64,000 bases of DNA from Patescibacteria group bacterium (lineage in GTDB: Bacteria > Patescibacteriota > Patescibacteriia > UBA1558 > GWA2-36-10). Shown piece by piece: positions 37,761 through 45,400 of this stretch. Position 1 is the stretch's first letter; each line of letters begins with the position of its first letter. The notes below the pieces were generated by a model, which did not search any database, had not been told where the DNA came from, and was given only the letters and a program-made list of their open reading frames with translations. Both the position numbers and the translations under genes were made by a program. The DNA lies in contig JAHJQF010000001.1 of assembly GCA_018819405.1 (NCBI GenBank), positions 817,469 to 881,468 on the forward strand, given 5' to 3'.

Positions 37761-37836
37761 GGGGGTGTAGTGTCAATGGCTAGCACGTCGGTCTCCAAAA
37801 CCGTAAGTCTGGGTTCGAATCCTAGCACCCCTGCCA
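37761..37836 (+). tRNA. tRNA-Trp (anticodon CCA), intact
   Basis: gggggtgtagtgtcaatggctagcacgtcggtctccaaaaccgtaagtctgggttcgaatcctagcacccctgcca. U8 and T-loop ttcgaat are present, with a G-U closing pair in the acceptor. Confidence 0.85.
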
Positions 37837-37866
37837 TTTGTTAGTGAATTTTTTAATTAAAAATTT

Positions 37867-37943
37867 CTGGTCTCCACCCAGCCGCTCGCGAGAGGCTGGG
37901 TCCAAAACCTCTAGCGTGGGTTCGATTCCTACCTCCCCTGCCA
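37867..37943 (+). pseudogene. 3' portion of the split tRNA-like gene (anticodon-loop region with one inserted hairpin, T-arm, acceptor 3' strand, CCA)
   Basis: ctggtctcc[acccagccgctcgcgagaggctgggtcc]aaaacctctagcgtgggttcgattcctacctcccctgcca. Removing the bracketed 28 nt gives ggtctccaaaacc, identical to the tRNA-Trp anticodon loop. Confidence 0.45.
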
Positions 37944-38022
37944 GCTTAAGATCATCTTTTGAGATGGTTTTTTTGTTTGCAAAAGAAAAGGAGACTCACG
38001 AATTTTGAATTCATAAATCTCC

Positions 38023-38502
38023 TTAATCATCATCATTGTAAATGCGACATTGATATTCGCATTCATCACACCAGCCATCACTATCTAACTTTGTTGCTGG
38101 ATTGCCACAGTTTAGACATATACCCTTCTCTCTTGCTTCATTTACCTTCCTTTCTTTTCTTAAGGCTATTTCTTTTGCTTCTCTCTGAGCTTTTAATGAC
38201 TCTTTATTTATCCTTTCCATTTCTAATCTATAACGCTCTTCTCTGTTTACTTCCCGTTCTTTTGTTATTATGTCATATTTCTTTACTTCTTCACTAAGCT
38301 GTTTGTCAAAACATTTAGGGCATAGTTTTTTCCCGTGAAAATTGGTGAAGATTGTTTCTTTTTTCTTTTTGCATTTATCACAAATGCCTTTACTACAAAG
38401 TGTGATGTTTTTGCCCTGTCTAGATGAGGCGCCTCTCTTACTATCCAAAACAATACCCACCCAAACCACGAACATAAGCAGGGCTAAGACGATGATTCCC
38501 AT
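38023..38502 (-). CDS. Hypothetical membrane-anchored protein with two zinc-ribbon-like Cys clusters and a coiled coil
   Basis: 159 aa. N-terminal TM, CxxC...CxxC pairs (CDKCKKK...CPKCF and CLNCGN...CDEC). Confidence 0.4.
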   Translation of the reverse strand: MGIIVLALLMFVVWVGIVLDSKRGASSRQGKNITLCSKGICDKCKKKKETIFTNFHGKKLCPKCFDKQLSEEVKKYDIITKEREVNREERYRLEMERINKESLKAQREAKEIALRKERKVNEAREKGICLNCGNPATKLDSDGWCDECEYQCRIYNDDD

Positions 38503-38718
38503 TCTTGTACCTCCAGAAAGGGTTGATGGTCAACGTACGAACAAATCATATTATATTAATATACTTTACTGTTTTTGTCAATCCTTATTATCAAAAAAAG
38601 TTCAAACACCAACCCACAGTCCCTGCCAAAAAACACCGATTACAAAAATTGGTGTTTTTTGATTAAAAAAAGACCGTCTCTTGAAGGTGGACGGCCTTAC
38701 CCGGCTCGTGGAGCCAAA

Positions 38719-38910
38719 CTAGTGATAGATCCCCGCATGGACACCAGCGATACCGAGGAGGACCCCCATGATCACGTAAGTGACCTTGTAGAGCGGCTGA
38801 TGCCACTCCGGATGCTCGTCCCAGTTGATCTGGACGATCTTCCTGTCGATGATGTTGGTGACCAAAGGGCAGATCAACAACGCGAGAATGAACTGCAACA
38901 TACCAGACAT
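38719..38910 (-). CDS. GC-rich cassette G: 63-aa two-helix membrane peptide
   Basis: Minus-strand promoter TTGACA-17-TATATT. RBS caaggaaggatgcc then ATG. MSGMLQFILALLICPLVTNII...GVLLGIAGVHAGIYH. Terminator ccgtc...gacgg plus T7. Confidence 0.45.
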   Translation of the reverse strand: MSGMLQFILALLICPLVTNIIDRKIVQINWDEHPEWHQPLYKVTYVIMGVLLGIAGVHAGIYH

Positions 38911-39067
38911 GGCATCCTTCCTTGTTTGTGTACAGCTATTAGCCGGAATTGGCTATTTTTAGCATTAAATTAATATAGCATAAAATAGCTTTTTTGTCAA
39001 TAATATTAATTTGACCTAAATTCTCAATATAGTATAATTAACAAACTATTATTAAACTAAAGCAAAT

Positions 39068-39745
39068 ATGAACAAAAATATCATCATTGTGGTATTAGCT
39101 GTAATCTCAGCTGCTCTGGCTGTATATGTTGGATTTATCAGTTCACAAAATAAAGGTATTGGTTTGGAAAATGCTAGTACCAGAACTGGCAAACTAGTCA
39201 ACGAGATTTTACTACAACCGGGCATTAGCGCCGAAATCGGCCAAGCTGTGGAAGAAAACGGGATGTATAAAATACCAATCTCTCTGCCAGATGGCACTAA
39301 CATAAATACTTATCTGACCAGAGATGGTAAGCTATTTTTCCCAGAAGCCATAGATGTTGATGAGCTGACTGAAAAATTAGCTCAGGAAAACTCAGGAACT
39401 AATAACCAAAACAACATGGAACTAAAAACAGAAATTTTAAACGAGGGTAGCGGTGATCAACTAGTCGCCCCCGGTGACAATATCACTGTGGATTATACCG
39501 GCACTTTAGAAGATGGCACACAGTTTGATTCTAGTGTTGGCAAAGATCCATTTACCTTTACTATTGGCGAGGGTCAAGTTATCCAAGGTTGGGATCAAGG
39601 CTTGATTGGTATGAAAGTTGGCGAAGAAAGAAAGCTCACTATCCCCTCTGATCTAGCGTACGGTTCATACGGTAGCGGTTCGATACCACCTAATGCAACT
39701 TTGATCTTTACTGTCAAACTTATTTCTATAAATTCAGGCAACTAA
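39068..39745 (+). CDS. FKBP-type peptidyl-prolyl cis-trans isomerase, membrane-anchored/secreted
   Basis: 225 aa with an N-terminal TM/signal and the C-terminal FKBP domain DYTGTLEDGTQFDSS...GEGQVIQGWDQGLIGMKVGE...IPPNATLIFTVKLI. Confidence 0.85.
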   Translation: MNKNIIIVVLAVISAALAVYVGFISSQNKGIGLENASTRTGKLVNEILLQPGISAEIGQAVEENGMYKIPISLPDGTNINTYLTRDGKLFFPEAIDVDELTEKLAQENSGTNNQNNMELKTEILNEGSGDQLVAPGDNITVDYTGTLEDGTQFDSSVGKDPFTFTIGEGQVIQGWDQGLIGMKVGEERKLTIPSDLAYGSYGSGSIPPNATLIFTVKLISINSGN

Positions 39746-39804
39746 ATTAAAAAACAGCCTCTTTTGGCTGTTTTTTAATTCCCAAAATCTGCTATAATAA
39801 AAAC

Positions 39805-40842
39805 ATGGAAATACATAAATATTTGGAAAGTAAGCTAAAAAACTGTTCACAATATGCACTAACAAAAGAAGACCAAGAGTATATTGAAAAATACTCATTA
39901 AAAGATTTTCTTTTCAAAGAAATAAGTCGAAAAAAATTTAGGCGTTGGAAATTGTCTGATCCAGCTCGTGAAAAAATAGACAAAGCGCTTGACTATTGTC
40001 TGGCTGAAAATAAGCCAATAATTTTTCGTTCTCGTTTCGGTGGCTACAAATTATGGCGTTTTCCGACTACTCCCGAAGTAGATTGGGCAGAATTTTTTAT
40101 GCTCTGCCACTATATTGAGTATCTAGCTCCTATCATAGCCGCCTACAAGCCTGGTATAAAACTTTATTTTGCTTCAGATGATGTATTTGTAGAACGCCTA
40201 GACAACATACCCAAATCACACACTGAAGCTTACTATCAAAGTTTTCAAAAATTACTAAATCAATTCAGAAAATATATTCCCAAAAATTTTGAAGTGGATA
40301 TGATAAGGCATAGTTCGCTGTTTAAATCCAGAAAAGAATTTGAGCTTGAATTTGATCAATCTGTCAAAAATGCAGCCAAAAAAGAAAATTGGGACATCAA
40401 ACGCCAAAGCCAACCTCTAGAAGCCGCCCTCAAAACATCCGAAATGAATATAAATTGGAACGGCGTAGAAGATTTGACCAAACTGTCAGATTCTGAAAAA
40501 GAAGAAAAGATAAAACAGAGTGTCCTCTATCACGATGCCCTGGTACAAATGCCCACTATAAGGCAATGGTCATCTACTCCTGATAAAATAGCTATCTTTA
40601 CTACACCGCTTTCTGCAGTAGTCCCTATAGGAGTCACTAAAAATTCTGTAGTCAGATTTTGGGTTGGTACAGGAGTGCTAGAAAAAAGAAATGATAAATA
40701 TATAGAACATGTATTGTCTATCAGCCAATATGAATCAATCAAAAATATTCCTTTTGAAGAAATAAAAATAAATTTTATTCCTTTGCATAATTTTTCCAAT
40801 ATTCGATTGTATAAACAAATGCTTAACTTTTCCAACAAATAA
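39805..40842 (+). CDS. Hypothetical protein (345 aa)
   Basis: Native AT-rich ORF. No domain recognised. Confidence 0.35.
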   Translation: MEIHKYLESKLKNCSQYALTKEDQEYIEKYSLKDFLFKEISRKKFRRWKLSDPAREKIDKALDYCLAENKPIIFRSRFGGYKLWRFPTTPEVDWAEFFMLCHYIEYLAPIIAAYKPGIKLYFASDDVFVERLDNIPKSHTEAYYQSFQKLLNQFRKYIPKNFEVDMIRHSSLFKSRKEFELEFDQSVKNAAKKENWDIKRQSQPLEAALKTSEMNINWNGVEDLTKLSDSEKEEKIKQSVLYHDALVQMPTIRQWSSTPDKIAIFTTPLSAVVPIGVTKNSVVRFWVGTGVLEKRNDKYIEHVLSISQYESIKNIPFEEIKINFIPLHNFSNIRLYKQMLNFSNK

Positions 40843-40848
40843 TCTGAT

Positions 40849-41610
40849 ATGAAAAAAATAATTATATTTTTGCTAGCTATATTTTTATACGGTTGCCAAA
40901 TAATAGAAGCCCCTATTAATGACACCCAAAATATAACGGTAATTAATACTAATACTGCCAACGACAATCAAACAAATACTACACCAGAAAAAAATAATGA
41001 GCCAAAAAATGAAGATATTGTCTGCACTATGGATGCGATGCTTTGTCCGGACGGTACTTATGTTTCTAGAGTTGCGCCTGATTGTAATTTTGCTCCCTGT
41101 CCTGAAATAGGCAAACTCATCCAGCCAATAGCTGAGTTTGACAAAAGAATTAGCAAAAAACCATTTAGCATATATATCACACCAAAAGATTCGCCTGTTC
41201 AGCCAGAAAAATTCACTGGCTATCATACGGGAGCTGATGTAGAATATTCAGATATGCCAGATGCTGACATAACAGTCCATGCCATAGCTGACGGCCAAGT
41301 TGTCCGCTCCGGCTGGGTCAGTGGCTATGGTGGTATGATTGCTATCAGGCACAATATAGAAGGGAAAGATTATATAGTTATTTATGGACACCTCAAGCCA
41401 GATACTTTAGAAAAAAATGAATCTGATATAAAATCAAACCAAGTGATTGGTCTATTAGGCCAGGGATACAGCTATGATACTGATGGCGAAAGAAAACACC
41501 TTCATTTTGCCATTTATACCGGCACTGATATCAATGTCCAAGGCTACGCACAAAGCCAGGATGAATTAAAAAAATGGCTTGATCCTCAAAAATTTTTATT
41601 AAATAAATAA
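40849..41610 (+). CDS. M23-family (LytM-like) metallopeptidase lipoprotein
   Basis: Lipoprotein signal (LLAIFLYGCQ). HTGADVEY (HxxxD), GYGGMIAIRHN and HLHFAIY (HxH) blocks. Confidence 0.8.
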   Translation: MKKIIIFLLAIFLYGCQIIEAPINDTQNITVINTNTANDNQTNTTPEKNNEPKNEDIVCTMDAMLCPDGTYVSRVAPDCNFAPCPEIGKLIQPIAEFDKRISKKPFSIYITPKDSPVQPEKFTGYHTGADVEYSDMPDADITVHAIADGQVVRSGWVSGYGGMIAIRHNIEGKDYIVIYGHLKPDTLEKNESDIKSNQVIGLLGQGYSYDTDGERKHLHFAIYTGTDINVQGYAQSQDELKKWLDPQKFLLNK

Positions 41611-41614
41611 TTTA

Positions 41615-41647
41615 ACACCCTCGCTACTAGAACGAGGGTGTTTTTTC
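41615..41647. terminator. Bidirectional hairpin terminator between the M23 gene and cassette H
   Basis: caccctcg-ctactagaa-cgagggtg followed by tttttt. Confidence 0.6.
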
Positions 41648-41651
41648 ATGC

Positions 41652-41855
41652 CTATTTGGCATGATTTGTCTCCAAAGCCTTGACCAAAAGATCTTTGTAG
41701 TCGGCATCAAAAAAGCCGACGATGGTCACCTGACCCTGGATTGTGTTGTCCACTTCGCGTTTGAGACGCGCTCCTAAGTCACCGTTGATGGGTCCCAAAC
41801 TACTGAAAACGAAATCTCCGGACATGGTCTTGACGACTTTTTGCCAGTTGGACAT
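41652..41855 (-). CDS. GC-rich cassette H: hypothetical 67-aa protein
   Basis: RBS cataaaggagcaggtc then ATG. MSNWQKVVKTMSGDFVFSSLGPINGDLGARLKREVDNTIQGQVTIVGFFDADYKDLLVKALETNHAK. TTGACA lies upstream on the minus strand. Confidence 0.45.
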   Translation of the reverse strand: MSNWQKVVKTMSGDFVFSSLGPINGDLGARLKREVDNTIQGQVTIVGFFDADYKDLLVKALETNHAK

Positions 41856-42002
41856 GACCTGCTCCTTTATGAAAAGTGTACACCAGCAACCTCTAACTAG
41901 TCAGGATACTATGTAATAGCTTCATTGTCAATATAAATATAGATATTTGCAAATTCCAAAAAAGTGCTATAATAATATTATTAACAAACCTAAACTAAGA
42001 AA

Positions 42003-43328
42003 ATGAATAACGAAAAGCCTCCATCGGCGCCCTTTGAAAAGAAAAGATTTCTTTTTGTTTCTTTTGATGCGCTGATAAGTGACGTGGCCTGGCAAGTCCT
42101 AAAAGAGGGTCATGAAGCTAAATATTTTATAAAAAATCAAGCTATCAAAGATGTAGCCGACGGCTTTGTGCCAAAAAGCGATGATTGGGAAAAAGACCTA
42201 GACTGGGCAGACATTGTTGTTTTTGATGATGTCCTTGGTATGGGAACTATGGCTGAAAAAGTCAGAAAGCGCGGTATTCCAGTCATTGGTGGCACACCAT
42301 ATACCGACCAATTAGAAGACGACCGTTCTTTTGGTCAGGAGGAATTAAAAAAGGCTGGCATTCCTATAATCCCTTACGAAACATTTACTGATTTTGATGC
42401 TGCCATTGATTATGTCAAAAAAAATGAAAATCGTTATGTTATCAAACCTAGCGGCGAAGCTCAAAATACCAAACATTTTCTTTTTGTCGGTCAAGAAGAA
42501 GACGGTAAAGACGTCATCCAGATGCTAGAGGCTTACAAAAAAGTTTGGAGTCAGAAGATAAAAGAATTTCAACTACAAAGAAGAATGTCAGGAGTAGAAG
42601 TAGCCGTCGGAGCATTTTTTAACGGTTATGAATTTGTCTTTCCAATAAATATCAACTTTGAGCACAAAAAAATGTTTCCTGGCAATATTGGCCCATCTAC
42701 TGGGGAAATGGGTACATCTATGTTTTGGTCAGGCCAAAATAAAATATTTAATAATACTCTGAAAAAAATGGAGCCGATTCTGCGTCGTGAAAAATACACC
42801 GGCTATATTGATCTCAATTGTATTGTAAATGGTAATGGTATTTATCCCCTAGAATTTACTGCTCGCTTTGGCTATCCAACTATCCAGATACAAATGGATG
42901 GCATACTTATGCCTATTGGACAATGGCTCTATGAAATGGCTACTGGCACACTAAAAAATTTCAAAACAAAAACCGGCTTTCAAGTCGGAGTCAGACTGGT
43001 AGTCCCTCCTTATCCCTATGGCTCAAGCATCAAAACTGAGCTAGCTGAATACAAAAATGCCCTTATAATATTTAAAAAACCAGCTTCGGAAGGTATTCAC
43101 ATTGTAGAGACCAAATTGATAAACGGAGAATGGATAGTAACTGGCGATCACGGAGTGGCTTTGATAGTAGTCGGCACTGGTTCTACTATGAAGCAAGCCC
43201 AGCAACAGGTCTATCATAGAATTCAAAATATATTAATACCAAATATGTTTTACCGGGATGATATAGGCGACCGCTGGTTTGAAGACAGCGACAAACTGCA
43301 CAACTGGGGCTACCTCAGAGAATCCTAA
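42003..43328 (+). CDS. ATP-grasp enzyme, phosphoribosylamine--glycine ligase (PurD)-like
   Basis: 441 aa with blocks parallel to PurD: IKPSGEA (cf IKADGLAAGKG), HKKMFPGNIGPSTGEMG (cf HKRVGDKDTGPNTGGMG), PLEFTARFGYPTIQIQM (cf VIEFNCRFGDPETQPIM). The N-domain is divergent. Confidence 0.55.
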   Translation: MNNEKPPSAPFEKKRFLFVSFDALISDVAWQVLKEGHEAKYFIKNQAIKDVADGFVPKSDDWEKDLDWADIVVFDDVLGMGTMAEKVRKRGIPVIGGTPYTDQLEDDRSFGQEELKKAGIPIIPYETFTDFDAAIDYVKKNENRYVIKPSGEAQNTKHFLFVGQEEDGKDVIQMLEAYKKVWSQKIKEFQLQRRMSGVEVAVGAFFNGYEFVFPININFEHKKMFPGNIGPSTGEMGTSMFWSGQNKIFNNTLKKMEPILRREKYTGYIDLNCIVNGNGIYPLEFTARFGYPTIQIQMDGILMPIGQWLYEMATGTLKNFKTKTGFQVGVRLVVPPYPYGSSIKTELAEYKNALIIFKKPASEGIHIVETKLINGEWIVTGDHGVALIVVGTGSTMKQAQQQVYHRIQNILIPNMFYRDDIGDRWFEDSDKLHNWGYLRES

Positions 43329-43825
43329 AAATATTTAGAAATAATTATCTTAAACCAGTCAGTATATATATCAGGCTGGTTTTTGATTTGATCTTTTATA
43401 GTTTTGATATCAAGCCATTTGATATCAGATATTTCATTTTTGTCAAAATCAACTGGGTCATCATAGTATCCAAAAAACACATGGTCATATTCATGTTCCG
43501 TCAGACCGTTGTCAAACTCGGCTTTATAAATAAAAGAAAATTTTTCTTCCAAATCACAATCAAACCCCAGCTCTTCTTTGAGACGACGATGAGCTGCTGA
43601 CAAAGTATCTTCCTCTGGCTTGGGATGGCTACAACAAGTATTTGTCCACATACCAGGACAATGATATTTGCTGTCTACTCTTTTTTGTAAAAGCAGTTGA
43701 CCAAATCTGTTGAAAATCAAAATAGAGAAAGCTCGATGAAGCTGACCTTTTTTGTGTACTTCCATCTTCTGACCAGTACCAATTGGCTGATCATTTTTAT
43801 CTACGAGTATTATATCGTCTGGCAT
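43325..43825 (-). CDS. idi: Isopentenyl-diphosphate delta-isomerase, type 1 (Nudix)
   Basis: 166 aa with LHRAFSILIFNRFGQLLLQKRVDSKYHCPGMWTNTCCSHP, matching the IDI-1 signature (LHRAFSVFLFN...LLLQRRA..K.TWPGVWTNSCCGHP). Confidence 0.85.
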   Translation of the reverse strand: MPDDIILVDKNDQPIGTGQKMEVHKKGQLHRAFSILIFNRFGQLLLQKRVDSKYHCPGMWTNTCCSHPKPEEDTLSAAHRRLKEELGFDCDLEEKFSFIYKAEFDNGLTEHEYDHVFFGYYDDPVDFDKNEISDIKWLDIKTIKDQIKNQPDIYTDWFKIIISKYF

Positions 43826-43896
43826 ACCAAAATTATAACAAATATAAAATAAAAAGACACCCCCACTTTCCGCAAAGTGAGGGTGCGCTATTAGCC

Positions 43897-44115
43897 TTAC
43901 AGGCCGGTAGAGGCCTTGGGATGTCTGAGCTTGGGATCAAAGGCACTCAAGCCGTGTGCACCATGATCTATACACTCGCAGACTACTTGGGCCCCCTCAC
44001 CGATGTTGTGTTTGGGGTCCTTGTAGATAATCTTCAACCTCTGGCCATGCAGACGATGACCTGCCTGATCGACCACAACAACTTCACCGCAGATAGTGCC
44101 CCTAATTGTTTCCAC
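43897..44115 (-). CDS. GC-rich cassette I: hypothetical 72-aa Cys/His-containing protein
   Basis: RBS ctcaggaggaagtc then a GTG start. METIRGTICGEVVVVDQAGHRLHGQRL...VVCECIDHGAHG. Terminator cacttt-ccgc-aaagtg within a longer GC stem plus a T-run. Confidence 0.45.
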   Translation of the reverse strand: METIRGTICGEVVVVDQAGHRLHGQRLKIIYKDPKHNIGEGAQVVCECIDHGAHGLSAFDPKLRHPKASTGL

Positions 44116-44302
44116 GACTTCCTCCTGAGGCTATGGTTATTAGTGACAGGGAACTTATTTTTAAAACTTATAAATTAGCAATACCATAAAAATTATTTTT
44201 AGTCAATAAAACCAAAATTTATTTTAGTAAATTTTTCATTTAACTCTTCCAAAAAGCGATCTGAACAAAATAAGTAAGCCAAAGGATATATCTCTTAAAG
44301 CA

Positions 44303-45400
44303 TTACAATTTACTATCAAATTCCTTGTCTAATTCCTCTAACAATTTCCTCTGTTTTTTGGTCAATTTACTCGGTACATCTACATTGACTATTACTATTT
44401 GGTCTCCTCTACCCCTAGCTTTGAGGTGAGCCACACCTTTATCTGACAAAACAAATTTTTTGCCACTAGGTGTACCAGACGGAATTTTTAGTTTGACTTT
44501 ACCATCTATAGTCCTAGCTTCTATTTGTCCGCCTAGAGCTGCCATGGTAAAGGGAATATCATATTCAGTTATCAAATCATCACCCTGACGCTCAAAACCT
44601 TTCTCCGGCAATACATGGACTACGACATACAAATCTCCAGACACAGCTCCATTTTTACCAGCATTTCCCTGCCCAGACAGACGGATAGATTGTCCATCAT
44701 CAATACCGGCTGGAATTTCTACTTTGATATCTACATTTTCAGTATCAAAGCCCTGACCATGGCAGGCTCCACACTTATTTTTTATGGATTTACCTTTACC
44801 CCGACAATCCGGACAAACTGTCTGAGTGCGAAATGTGCCAAGTACTGTACTAGTAATATGCCCACTACCACCACAAGTTCTACACTCCTCAAAAGATGTA
44901 CCTTTGTCAGCACCAGTGCCTTCACAAGACTGACACTTTATTTTTTTTCGCAAAGATAGGCTCTCAGATAATCCAAAAACAGCATCTTTGAGGCTAATAT
45001 TTATATCAACTTGAATATCCTCGCCTCTTTGATTACGACCAGACCTAAAAGGGCTGTCGCCACCAAAAAAACTACCAAAAATATCTCCCAGATCAAAATC
45101 CATATTTTGCCCGCCAGAAAAATCAAAACCACCAAAACCCTGTCCGCCGCCAAAAGGATTTCCGCCGGAAAATCCACCGGTTTGATCAAAGTTGGCGCCA
45201 AACTGGTCATACTGCTGACGTTTTTCTTTGTTGGACAGTACCTGATAAGCTTCGTTTATTTCCTTAAACTTTTTTAGATTTTCTTCACCACCGTTTTTAT
45301 CGGGATGATATTGGTGAGCCAATTTACGAAAGGCGCGCTTGATCTCAGAATCAGTCGCACCTTTCTCTACTCCCAATGTTTTATAGTAATCTTTGGGCAT
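44303..45400 (-). CDS. dnaJ: Chaperone DnaJ
   Basis: 365 aa with J-domain HPD (YHPDKN), G/F-rich linker and four CxxCxGxG zinc-finger repeats. Confidence 0.95.
   Translation of the reverse strand: MPKDYYKTLGVEKGATDSEIKRAFRKLAHQYHPDKNGGEENLKKFKEINEAYQVLSNKEKRQQYDQFGANFDQTGGFSGGNPFGGGQGFGGFDFSGGQNMDFDLGDIFGSFFGGDSPFRSGRNQRGEDIQVDINISLKDAVFGLSESLSLRKKIKCQSCEGTGADKGTSFEECRTCGGSGHITSTVLGTFRTQTVCPDCRGKGKSIKNKCGACHGQGFDTENVDIKVEIPAGIDDGQSIRLSGQGNAGKNGAVSGDLYVVVHVLPEKGFERQGDDLITEYDIPFTMAALGGQIEARTIDGKVKLKIPSGTPSGKKFVLSDKGVAHLKARGRGDQIVIVNVDVPSKLTKKQRKLLEELDKEFDSKL

Noticed and set aside
37474-37866. Calling the GIY-YIG-containing insert a group I intron
   Set aside because: The GIY-YIG ORF and anticodon-loop position fit, but I could not identify the P/Q/R/S core elements. 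An intact tRNA inside an intron would also be atypical. Reported only as a hypothesis.
12512-44160. Explaining the GC-rich islands as chimeric contigs or contamination
   Set aside because: Each island is only 0.2-0.9 kb and is flanked on both sides by native AT-rich genes within the same contiguous sequence. Promoters lie in AT-rich native-like DNA. Mis-assembly cannot be excluded without reads and is listed as the main refutation test.
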